Source of the DNA: Candidatus Hydrogenedentota bacterium
GTDB lineage: Bacteria > Hydrogenedentota > Hydrogenedentia > Hydrogenedentales > GCA-2746185
DNA: 15,173 bases
Direction of reading: 5' to 3'
Assembly: GCA_046583315.1 (NCBI GenBank)
Contig: JAYGCN010000148.1
Span: 1-15,173 of the forward strand
Shown here: positions 1-7,430 of the stretch, one piece after another
How the letters are laid out: each line of letters begins with the position of its first letter
Numbering within the stretch: position 1 is the stretch's first letter
Position numbers and translations under genes: made by a program
The notes under the pieces: generated by a model
Told to the model about the DNA's origin: nothing
Databases searched by the model: none
The model's input: the letters and a program-made list of their open reading frames with translations, nothing else

Positions 1-1
1 T

Positions 2-538
2 CCAAAAACCGCCAAGCGTCGTAATCTCCCGGCACCGGCATGGCAGGTCTGGCTAACCGCCTCTCTTCCGGTGCTAATGCTACTACCCTTTCTCGACAAA
101 GCCTTCCACATTGACGACACTGTATATCTTCGAGTCGCTCAACAAATCCAGCACCACCCCTTCGATTTCTTCGGCTTCGACATGAACCGGGGAACACAAT
201 CGGTTCCCGTGTCCCTGTTCAATAAAAATCCACCGCTATTCTCCTATTTCCTCGTTCCCTTCGGCATGTTGTTCGGATGGAACGAATGGGCCATGCACGG
301 TGCCCAACTCATACCAACCGCCTTCGCCGCCGTGGGAATCCTTCGACTCGCTGAACGAATGTGTGCGACGCCTTTACTCGCCTCACTCATCGCAGTACTC
401 ACGCCAGCATTCCTCGTCTCCACCTCTGTCGTCATGTGCGAACCCCTCATGCTCGCGCTCTACGTGTGGTCCATCGTTTTTTGGATCGACGGTACCGAAA
501 AAAATCATGGAAGTCCCTACTCATCAGCGCAAGCCTGA
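2..538 (+). CDS. GT-C fold (ArnT/PMT-like, GT39/GT83-type) membrane glycosyltransferase, 5' segment; frame is open from the window edge and is interrupted by a frameshift at ~498-504
   Basis: Frame 2 has no stop from position 2 (PKTAKRRNLPAPAWQVWLTASLPVLMLLPFLDKAFHIDD...), so the true start is probably left of the window. TM helix followed by acidic motif AFHIDD, then NPPLFSY and further TM helices typical of the GT-C N-terminus. Hydrophobic pattern ends at ...FWIDGTEK, followed by 12 nonspecific codons to TGA 538. Confidence 0.8.
   Translation, partial: PKTAKRRNLPAPAWQVWLTASLPVLMLLPFLDKAFHIDDTVYLRVAQQIQHHPFDFFGFDMNRGTQSVPVSLFNKNPPLFSYFLVPFGMLFGWNEWAMHGAQLIPTAFAAVGILRLAERMCATPLLASLIAVLTPAFLVSTSVVMCEPLMLALYVWSIVFWIDGTEKNHGSPYSSAQA
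497..505 (+). other. Frameshift site: GAA AAA AAT (A7 homopolymer 498-504)
   Basis: Adding one A gives GAA AAA AAA TCA TGG and joins the frames into ...WIDGTEKKSWKSLLISA..., one ORF of >=560 aa within the window. Confidence 0.8.
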
Positions 539-1683
539 TCAGTGCCGGTATTATGACGAAGTACGTCGTCATCACCGCGATCCCCTTGCTCTTCGCTTAC
601 ACCATTTTTCAAGAACGCCGACTTACCTGGCGTTTGGCCACCCTGTTAATCCCCTGTGCAGCCGTCGTCCTTCTCGAGATGACCGCTCACCAATTATACG
701 GTAGAACATTTTCGGGAGGTCTTTCGGGTGTTGCTAATGAACCCGACTTCAGCTCCCCCTTCGGTTTCGTCACCAAGAACGTAATCGAAGGTCTCAGTTA
801 TGTCGGCGCAAGTTTTGTCACAGTCTTCCTAATGGCCCCCCTTCTTCATCGAAATATCGACTGGGTCAAAATACTCATCGGTTTTCAATGTGTCGTGGTT
901 CTCTCCTACGGGTTGGAAGGTCGCATCAGTGACTCCTGCCCCCGCGAAGTTCCCATGATCGCGTTGAAATACCGGCTACAACTCGTGCTGGCGGTCTGTG
1001 CAGGCGCATACATCATTGGATTGGCCATCATGGATTTTTACCGAAGTCGAGACGCCCAATCGTTGCTGCTGTTCCTTTTGGTAATGGGGATCTTCGTGTT
1101 TTCCGCATTCCTGAATTGGACCGCGAACGTGCGAAGTTTACTTCCCATGCTGCCTGCCATTGCCATCATCGTCGTGCGACAATTCGAACGCGTGCACAGA
1201 GACCTAAGGACCCTACGATTGGCCGCCTACCCACTCGCATTGGGAGCGCTCATCTCCATGGCCGTTTCTTGGGGCGATCACGTGTACGCCAACCTCGGAA
1301 GAGACTTCGTTCAACGGTACGCGCGCGATCCTCGTTTCGAATTAGAGAAGACCTGGTTTATCGGACACTGGGGATTCCAATACTACATGGAACGCGAAGG
1401 CGCGCGCGCCATGGATTGGGATTTCCTCTTCGACATCGAGTCGGACATCGAGCATCCGCAAGTCGGTGACACCATTATCTGGTGGAGGGCAGCATATAAA
1501 ATGCTGCCGAAAGCCTATCCTGTGGATCACGCCGAAAAAATCGAAATACCGTCCAGCAGCTGGATCGCGACCATGAACCACGACGCGCGCGTTGGATTCT
1601 ACGACAGCTACACGGGTCCCATTCCGTATTACTTCGGCAAAACCAGCCCAGAGGAATTTTGGATCATCGAAGTTTTAGAGTGA
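502..1683 (+). CDS. GT-C fold membrane glycosyltransferase, 3' segment (same gene as 2..538, continued in the -1 frame); the whole gene may be a pseudogene or carry a sequencing indel
   Basis: Frame 1 becomes membrane-protein-like exactly at the A7 run (KSWKSLLISASLISAGIMTKY...). It contains the xxxTKY and RxLLPxxP (RSLLPMLPA) motifs of ArnT/PMT-like proteins, many TM helices and a soluble C-terminal domain (WFIGHWGFQYYME). The ORF-track N-terminus 361-500 is an out-of-frame shadow of the 5' segment. Confidence 0.8.
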   Translation, partial: KSWKSLLISASLISAGIMTKYVVITAIPLLFAYTIFQERRLTWRLATLLIPCAAVVLLEMTAHQLYGRTFSGGLSGVANEPDFSSPFGFVTKNVIEGLSYVGASFVTVFLMAPLLHRNIDWVKILIGFQCVVVLSYGLEGRISDSCPREVPMIALKYRLQLVLAVCAGAYIIGLAIMDFYRSRDAQSLLLFLLVMGIFVFSAFLNWTANVRSLLPMLPAIAIIVVRQFERVHRDLRTLRLAAYPLALGALISMAVSWGDHVYANLGRDFVQRYARDPRFELEKTWFIGHWGFQYYMEREGARAMDWDFLFDIESDIEHPQVGDTIIWWRAAYKMLPKAYPVDHAEKIEIPSSSWIATMNHDARVGFYDSYTGPIPYYFGKTSPEEFWIIEVLE

Positions 1684-1837
1684 AGCGACTCGTTTCGCCA
1701 GGTCATCGTGCAACACCACGGTACTCAAGTCTCGCACCGTATCTCATTCATTCTATATGGTGCCAGTAACATACTTCGCTTCGGCATATCCTCTTCCAAA
1801 AATTTCAATCTTCAAGTTTCAAATTCGATTGAATAAA

Positions 1838-1848
1838 TGTGATAGTCT
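1838..1848 (+). promoter_or_regulatory. Candidate extended -10 housekeeping promoter (TGTG-A-TAGTCT) for the serine hydrolase
   Basis: Matches TRTGn-TAnnnT in AT-rich intergenic DNA ~50 nt upstream of ATG 1897. RBS-like AAGGA at 1883-1887. Confidence 0.4.
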
Positions 1849-1896
1849 GATCGTCAACAATGCACAACCATTATCAGAGATTAAGGACAAAACCAA

Positions 1897-3285
1897 ATGA
1901 TGATTTCGAGACCAGAAAGCCGATTGTCGCACCACCTTCTACTTGGGACGCTACTCGTCGCGGGCCTGTCAGTTCACGGTGCCGAAATCCCCGACTCTGT
2001 CAAGCGCATCGTCCAGGAACGCGTCGACTCCGGAAAAACAATGTCCATGGTCATAGGCATCGTCGATGCAGATGGAGCCTCCTATTTCAGCTACGGAAAA
2101 ATGGCCGCATCCGACGACACCGTGCCCGATAAAGACTCCGTTTACGAGATAGGTTCCATCTCCAAAGTCTTCACGGCCATCCTCCTGGCCGATGCGGTGA
2201 ACCGTGGCGAAGTCAATTACGACGACGACATCGAAACCCACCTTCCCGAAGAAGTCACCGTGCGCGTGAAGAACGATAAAACCATCACACTAGAGAACCT
2301 ATCCATCCAGAATTCCGGACTCCCCGGAATGCCCGCCAATTTCCGGCCGACCGATCCCACCAATCCATACGCCGACTATACCGTGGAGGATATGTACAAG
2401 GCGCTTTCACGACTCCGAATGCGGCGCGAAGCAGGTGAAGCCTACGAATACTCAAATCTTGGCGTCGGCCTGCTCGGGCACCTCCTGTCACGCGCATCCG
2501 GCCAGACCTACGAGGAACTCGTTGTCACCCGAATCGCCAATGTCTTGGACATGCCCGATACCAAGATAACACTCACGGCGGATATGCAAGAACGCCTGGC
2601 GACAGGTCATACCGATGGAAAAGAAGTCGCCAATTGGGATCTCCCCACCTTCGCCGGAGCCGGAGCCATCCGTTCCACCGCGCAAGACATGATCGCTTTT
2701 CTCGAGGCGAATCTGGGCCTGCGCGATAGCCCACTTCTCGAATCGATGCGCGAAACGCATGCGCCCAGAGTCGAGGCAGGTTCTGAATACATGAAAATCG
2801 GACTCGGCTGGCACATACTCACTTCTGCCGAAGGTCCAAGAATCACGTGGCACAACGGCGGAACTGGTGGCTACCGGTCCTTCGCAGGCTTCGTTCAAGG
2901 TCCCCCCATGGGCGTCGTCATTCTCACAAATTCCAGCGGTGCAGGGGACGATGATATCGGATATCATCTCCTGAACAACTCGATTCCTATGGAGGGTGCC
3001 GTCATACGTTCCGCAGTTACGATTGAATCGTCGATCCTCAAGCAATATGTAGGCAAATACCAACTCCTCCCTAAAATCGTCATGGACATCACGCTACGTG
3101 GCAATCAGCTCAACGCCCAACTGACCGGTCAAGACCGATACCCGGTCTTTCCAGAATCCGAGACCAAATTCTTTTTCAAAGTCGTCGATGCGCAACTCGT
3201 GTTCGAATTGAACGACGACAATACGGCGACGGCCCTGGTGCTCCACCAAGGCCGTCAACGAACCCAAGCAAAACGGGTCCAATAA
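1897..3285 (+). CDS. Secreted beta-lactamase-family (class C/AmpC-like, peptidase S12) serine hydrolase with C-terminal DUF3471-like domain
   Basis: Signal peptide (LLLGTLLVAGLSVHG-AE). SxxK in YEIGSISKVFT (2155-2166), YxN in YEYSNLG (2449-2457), triad WHNGGTGGYRS (2851-2859). C-terminal LKQYVGKYQL...FPESETKFFFKVVDAQLVF is typical of DUF3471. Substrate cannot be assigned. Confidence 0.9.
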   Translation: MMISRPESRLSHHLLLGTLLVAGLSVHGAEIPDSVKRIVQERVDSGKTMSMVIGIVDADGASYFSYGKMAASDDTVPDKDSVYEIGSISKVFTAILLADAVNRGEVNYDDDIETHLPEEVTVRVKNDKTITLENLSIQNSGLPGMPANFRPTDPTNPYADYTVEDMYKALSRLRMRREAGEAYEYSNLGVGLLGHLLSRASGQTYEELVVTRIANVLDMPDTKITLTADMQERLATGHTDGKEVANWDLPTFAGAGAIRSTAQDMIAFLEANLGLRDSPLLESMRETHAPRVEAGSEYMKIGLGWHILTSAEGPRITWHNGGTGGYRSFAGFVQGPPMGVVILTNSSGAGDDDIGYHLLNNSIPMEGAVIRSAVTIESSILKQYVGKYQLLPKIVMDITLRGNQLNAQLTGQDRYPVFPESETKFFFKVVDAQLVFELNDDNTATALVLHQGRQRTQAKRVQ

Positions 3286-3306
3286 TCGAGACGAATACAT
3301 TAAAAT

Positions 3307-3342
3307 TATGACCGTTTCGCCATCCACGGGGACGTATAGGTA
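3307..3342 (+). promoter_or_regulatory. Candidate ECF-type (autoregulatory) promoter of sigma 1: TGACCG-N16-GACGTA
   Basis: TATGACCGTTTCGCCATCCACGGGGACGTATAGGTA aligns ungapped (23/36) with 6731-6766 upstream of the paralog, at nearly the same distance from the ATG (24 vs 25 nt). CGTA is a common ECF -10 core. Confidence 0.55.
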
Positions 3343-4005
3343 GACTATTTATACGGAGACGCGATCATGGAACTCACTGACCAGCAACTACTCACCGACT
3401 GGTGTACCCGAAAAGACGCGCACGCCTTCCAGGCCATCGTGCAACGCCACGCTACTATGGTCTTCCACACCGCCCTGCGCATCCTCAAAAATCCCGCCGA
3501 TGCCGAAGACACCACCCAACAATGCTTCGAAACCCTCATCACCACCGATAAAACCAACCGCATAGAGTCACTCGGCGCGTGGCTCCACGGCATGGCGACC
3601 AAAATCTCCCTAAAACACATCCGTAGCGTATCCCGTCGCAGCCAACGCGAAAAAGCCTACGCTGAGATTAACGATCTCCAAAACGACACCCGGGAATGGC
3701 AAGAAATCTACCCCATCATCGACGAAGCCATCCAAACCCTCCAGGAAAAATACCGCGCCCCCGTCATCGCACACTTCCTCGAAGGGCAAACCCACGCCGC
3801 CATCGCCGAAGACCTCAATGTCTCGCGCACAACCGTCACCAACGACATCAACCAAGGCATCCAGCAAATCGAAGCTACCCTCAAACGAAAAGGCGTACCC
3901 ACCACCCTCGCACTCGCACCCACTATGGCAACCCAACTCGCCAACGCCGCACCCATGAACGCATCACTGATTTCCAACCTCGGTAAACTTTCTCTTACAC
4001 AAGGG
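3307..4005 (+). repeat. Copy 1 of duplicated promoter-RBS-sigma module
   Basis: Homologous to 6731..7430. First 213 codons colinear without gaps (165/213 aa identical by manual count). RBS context CGGAGACGCGATCATGG vs CGGAGAATCGACCATGG. Similarity ends right after ...LGKL[S/A]LTQG. Confidence 0.9.
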
Positions 4006-6666
4006 CAAACCGCATCAACCGCCGCGATGTCCAACTCAGCGACCAGTGCGCTCGGCTGGTTCTTCAAACACAAGGCCGTTCTAATCGGCACACTGACTGT
4101 AGTTTCAATTTTCAGCTACAGAGTCCTGCAACCAACCGAACTCGCACAAGACGCACAATTTTCCGCGGCACCAACTATCATCTCCGCCGATTCAGTTTCT
4201 TCCCAATCTCTACCTCCTTCCCCACAGCCATCCGATCCCGAAACGCTACTCGTTGCACAACAATCCACTCAATCCGTCCAGGATGACCCTGAACGGGTCG
4301 CAACAACAGACGAAGAAGTCGACCTCACCGATCCCCACGCCATCTGGAGAAAAGTCGTCAAAGTAAATCAACTATGGCTCAATCCAAGCCCTAAATACCT
4401 CCGTTATACACTCAAAATGGACGACTACGCCTATAACGTGTCCCTCGCGGGAGACCAGGGCCGCTTCGAGTCACTCCGCCCCGATTACCAGCGGACGCTC
4501 CTCTTCTCAGGCACAGAAGCCGTCGGACTCACGCCGCGCCGCGACCTCGAACGTAGCCCCTTCGAAATGTCCCCTGATCAATTGAGGACCCTTCGCCAGG
4601 GCACGCTGTGGTCGATGGCGGTCCACATACTGGCCCGCAAAGGCCTGCCCGATAACGCCCGCATCATAAACACCTTCGAGACCAGCGAAGGCAAACACAT
4701 CACCATCGAAGCCGACGTTGAAAAGACGGGCGGAAGCGTAGGGCTCGGTTTGCTGAACACCTGGTTCGGCAATACCGGCTACCGAACGGACCGCGTTCGA
4801 ATCACAATTGCCACCCCGGACTTTGTCCCCATTCTCGAAGAAAGCATCCGTATCGCCGACGATGGTGAGCACCTTACAAAAATCGGCATCGGACCAGTAT
4901 TTTTCGAAATTGGCGATCAACGAGCGCCCCGAGAACTCCAATACCATCACGCCGATCTGATTATGGATACAAAAACGTGGGCGCTCAGCGCGACCTTTCG
5001 ACTGGAAAACGAGTCCTGGTTACTGCACTACGGCGAGAACATCCAGGACGGCTCCGTCGTAAAACGTATTCGGACCGAAAACGTGTCAACCGATGCCTTC
5101 GATATCGCATCGCTGCACATGCCCACTGAAGAAGAACTTGTTGCTCTTCTCGCCGAGTGGGAAGCCGGCAGCGAACTCCCCTACGACGACGGAATCGATC
5201 GACCCCGCGTCGTCTCTGTCTGGCCGCCGCACGGCAGTACCGAAGTCATTGCAGACTCCACCTTCCGTGTCGCATTCGACCGCCCCATGAACCCCACAAC
5301 CGTCAACCTGCAATTCGAAAAAGGCGGCTACTACGACGTAGCCAAAATCGATTACAACCCCGATACCTACGAATTCACGATCCCCCTGCGCCTCGCCCCC
5401 GGCGAACGTCATCGAATCTTTATAAACGAGAGACGCAAGCTAAGTAAAGGACGTCGCAACACCGGTTTCGCATCATCCGAAGGTATCGGCGCAAACCGCT
5501 ACGTTTGGGAAATCAGCACCGGAACCGACTCGCCCGATCCCGACGCAGAACCTCCCCAAATCGTCGCATTATCCCCCGAATCTGGCGACACCATCACAGC
5601 CCTCACTCAATTCACCGTTCAATTCGATCAACCGATGAACCCGCACGCCTACGCCATCAAAGCCAAGGAAAAAGAACCCAGGGACAGGGATCACTACGCA
5701 ACCATACTTGGACTCGTCGAATACGACGAAGAATCCCATACCTTCACCATTCCCATGCTCATGACCCCGGAAAGTGAACACGAATTATCACTATCCGGCT
5801 TCAAAAGTGCCAAGGGAATCGACGCCCCTCCCCACCCCTTACACTTCACGACGAATTCCGACACCTTTGCGACAACGCACAAACAAAAACTCGAAGAAAA
5901 CGGAAACGACCCGCAACTATTCGGCCTTCTCCAACAAATTCAAAGTGCCCGCGAGCAATTAACGTCGCTCTCCGAAGTGGTTCACACTATCCGTGAAGGC
6001 TCCATACAAGAAAACGGACTGGCCCGAAATCTCCGCACCGACGCCGCCATCTTCAAATTCGATCACAACGCCGGGTTCTTCGGCGACATCAGCGAAATCA
6101 TGCAGTCAAGGTTCATCGTCGCATCCGATACCGAAAACAGCTGGCACTATTACCGCTCACAAAAAACCGAAACGCTCCGCATGGATCCATTCGGCGATCT
6201 CGGCCACAAAAACGTATCAATCGCCGACCCCTTCGGCCTGCTCGAACGCGACATATCCGAAGCCATCGACCAACTCAACCTCGAATACAAAGGCCTCGTC
6301 TCCAACGAACAAGGCAGCTGGCACCTCATCCAGTCCACCACCGCCGAAGCCCTATCGAAAGATCACCTCCTAGCCCGCATTGTCCAGTGGTGGATCGATC
6401 CATCCACCCTGCTGCCCGTCTACCTCAAAGAATACAACCGAGGCATGCGAACCCAGCGCATATTCGAATACAAGAGCATCAATCAACCCATTCCCGCCGA
6501 AGAGTTTCAACTCATCGGCCTTGACCACCTCGCCCCCGAATCCACGCCGCTCAAACTCGGCTTCGACACCCGCTATCTAAACCTGCGCGATGGTGCTGAC
6601 GGTCGCATGACCTTACGCTGGGGAATAACGGGCCCCAAAGGCAGCGAAAGCGGCGGCCTCAACTAA
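3367..6666 (+). CDS. Membrane-tethered ECF sigma-70 factor with large C-terminal extracytoplasmic extension (LolA-like domain, 2 Ig-like Big_5/SbsA-type domains, LolA/RseB-like domain)
   Basis: RBS GGAG upstream. Sigma2 (DAHAFQAIVQRHATMVFHTALRILKNPADAEDTTQQCF...LGAWLHGMA) and sigma4 (IDEAIQTLQEKYRAPVIAHFLEGQTHAAIAEDLNVSRTTV). TM AVLIGTLTVVSIFSY (4075-4119), then a P/S/Q linker. Ig-like repeats PRVVSVWPPHG...FRVAFDRPMNP (5200-5523) and PPQIVALSPESG...FTVQFDQPMNP (5551-5853). C-terminal IVQWWIDPSTLLPVYL...FEYKSINQPIPAEEF resembles LolA-like folds. Confidence 0.9.
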   Translation: MELTDQQLLTDWCTRKDAHAFQAIVQRHATMVFHTALRILKNPADAEDTTQQCFETLITTDKTNRIESLGAWLHGMATKISLKHIRSVSRRSQREKAYAEINDLQNDTREWQEIYPIIDEAIQTLQEKYRAPVIAHFLEGQTHAAIAEDLNVSRTTVTNDINQGIQQIEATLKRKGVPTTLALAPTMATQLANAAPMNASLISNLGKLSLTQGQTASTAAMSNSATSALGWFFKHKAVLIGTLTVVSIFSYRVLQPTELAQDAQFSAAPTIISADSVSSQSLPPSPQPSDPETLLVAQQSTQSVQDDPERVATTDEEVDLTDPHAIWRKVVKVNQLWLNPSPKYLRYTLKMDDYAYNVSLAGDQGRFESLRPDYQRTLLFSGTEAVGLTPRRDLERSPFEMSPDQLRTLRQGTLWSMAVHILARKGLPDNARIINTFETSEGKHITIEADVEKTGGSVGLGLLNTWFGNTGYRTDRVRITIATPDFVPILEESIRIADDGEHLTKIGIGPVFFEIGDQRAPRELQYHHADLIMDTKTWALSATFRLENESWLLHYGENIQDGSVVKRIRTENVSTDAFDIASLHMPTEEELVALLAEWEAGSELPYDDGIDRPRVVSVWPPHGSTEVIADSTFRVAFDRPMNPTTVNLQFEKGGYYDVAKIDYNPDTYEFTIPLRLAPGERHRIFINERRKLSKGRRNTGFASSEGIGANRYVWEISTGTDSPDPDAEPPQIVALSPESGDTITALTQFTVQFDQPMNPHAYAIKAKEKEPRDRDHYATILGLVEYDEESHTFTIPMLMTPESEHELSLSGFKSAKGIDAPPHPLHFTTNSDTFATTHKQKLEENGNDPQLFGLLQQIQSAREQLTSLSEVVHTIREGSIQENGLARNLRTDAAIFKFDHNAGFFGDISEIMQSRFIVASDTENSWHYYRSQKTETLRMDPFGDLGHKNVSIADPFGLLERDISEAIDQLNLEYKGLVSNEQGSWHLIQSTTAEALSKDHLLARIVQWWIDPSTLLPVYLKEYNRGMRTQRIFEYKSINQPIPAEEFQLIGLDHLAPESTPLKLGFDTRYLNLRDGADGRMTLRWGITGPKGSESGGLN

Positions 6667-6730
6667 TACGCTCCAGACCTTCAGTAGCGGGCGGTATAGA
6701 CCACTCCCACGTCTCAACGCCAAAGCTAAA

Positions 6731-6766
6731 TCTAACCAAATCGAAATCCGCGGCAACATATGAGTA
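6731..6766 (+). promoter_or_regulatory. Candidate ECF-type promoter of sigma 2: TAACCA-N16-AACATA
   Basis: TCTAACCAAATCGAAATCCGCGGCAACATATGAGTA, ungapped homolog of 3307-3342. Confidence 0.5.
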
Positions 6767-7430
6767 AAATCAACCTCGCGGAGAATCGACCATGGAACTC
6801 ACTGACCACCAACTACTCGCCGACTGGCGCACTCAGAAGGATGCCCACGCCTTTCAAGCCATCGTGCAGCGCCACGCGGCCATGGTCTTCCACACTGCCC
6901 TGCGCATCCTCAAAAATCCCGCCGAAGCCGAAGATACCAGCCAGGAATGCTTCGAGACCCTCATCACCATCGAAAAATTTGACCACATAAAATCGCTCGG
7001 CGCGTGGCTTCACGGCATGGCCACCAAACTCTCCCTCGAGCACATCCGATCAAGCTCACGACGGTACCAGCGTGAAAAGAAATACGCGGAAGTGAACATC
7101 GCCGAAAACGACACCCAGGAATGGCAAGAAATCTATCCCCTCATCGATGAAGCCATCCAATCCCTCCACGAAAAATACCGCACCCCCATCATCGCGCACT
7201 TCCTCGAAAGGCAAACCCACGCCACCATCGCCCAAGACCTCAATGTTTCCCGTAGCACAATCACCAGCCACATCAACCAGGGCATCCAGCAAATCGAAGC
7301 CACCCTCAAAAAGAAAGGAATCCTGACCACCCTCGCACTCGCGCCAGCCCTGACCTCCCAACTCGCCAACGCCGCACCCATCCAACCCTCCCTCATTTCC
7401 AGCCTTGGAAAACTAGCCCTCACCCAAGGG
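6731..7430 (+). repeat. Copy 2 of duplicated promoter-RBS-sigma module
   Basis: See 3307..4005. Long near-identical DNA blocks, e.g. ATGGTCTTCCACAC.GCCCTGCGCATCCTCAAAAATCCCGCCGA and GGCATCCAGCAAATCGAAGC.ACCCTCAAA. Confidence 0.9.

Noticed and set aside
361..500. N-terminal 46 aa of the 440-aa ORF (MCDAFTRLTHRS...)
   Set aside because: Arg/His-rich out-of-frame reading of the upstream GT segment; real coding in this frame starts at the A7 run.
1897..3285. Calling the serine hydrolase a true AmpC resistance gene
   Set aside because: SxxK/YxN/HxG motifs plus DUF3471 are shared by many esterases and peptidases; nothing here shows beta-lactam specificity.
3367..7430. Sigma duplication as an assembly artefact or a diversity-generating retroelement TR/VR pair
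   Set aside because: The copies differ at 48 of 213 residues plus many synonymous sites, changes are not adenine-specific, and no reverse transcriptase is present.
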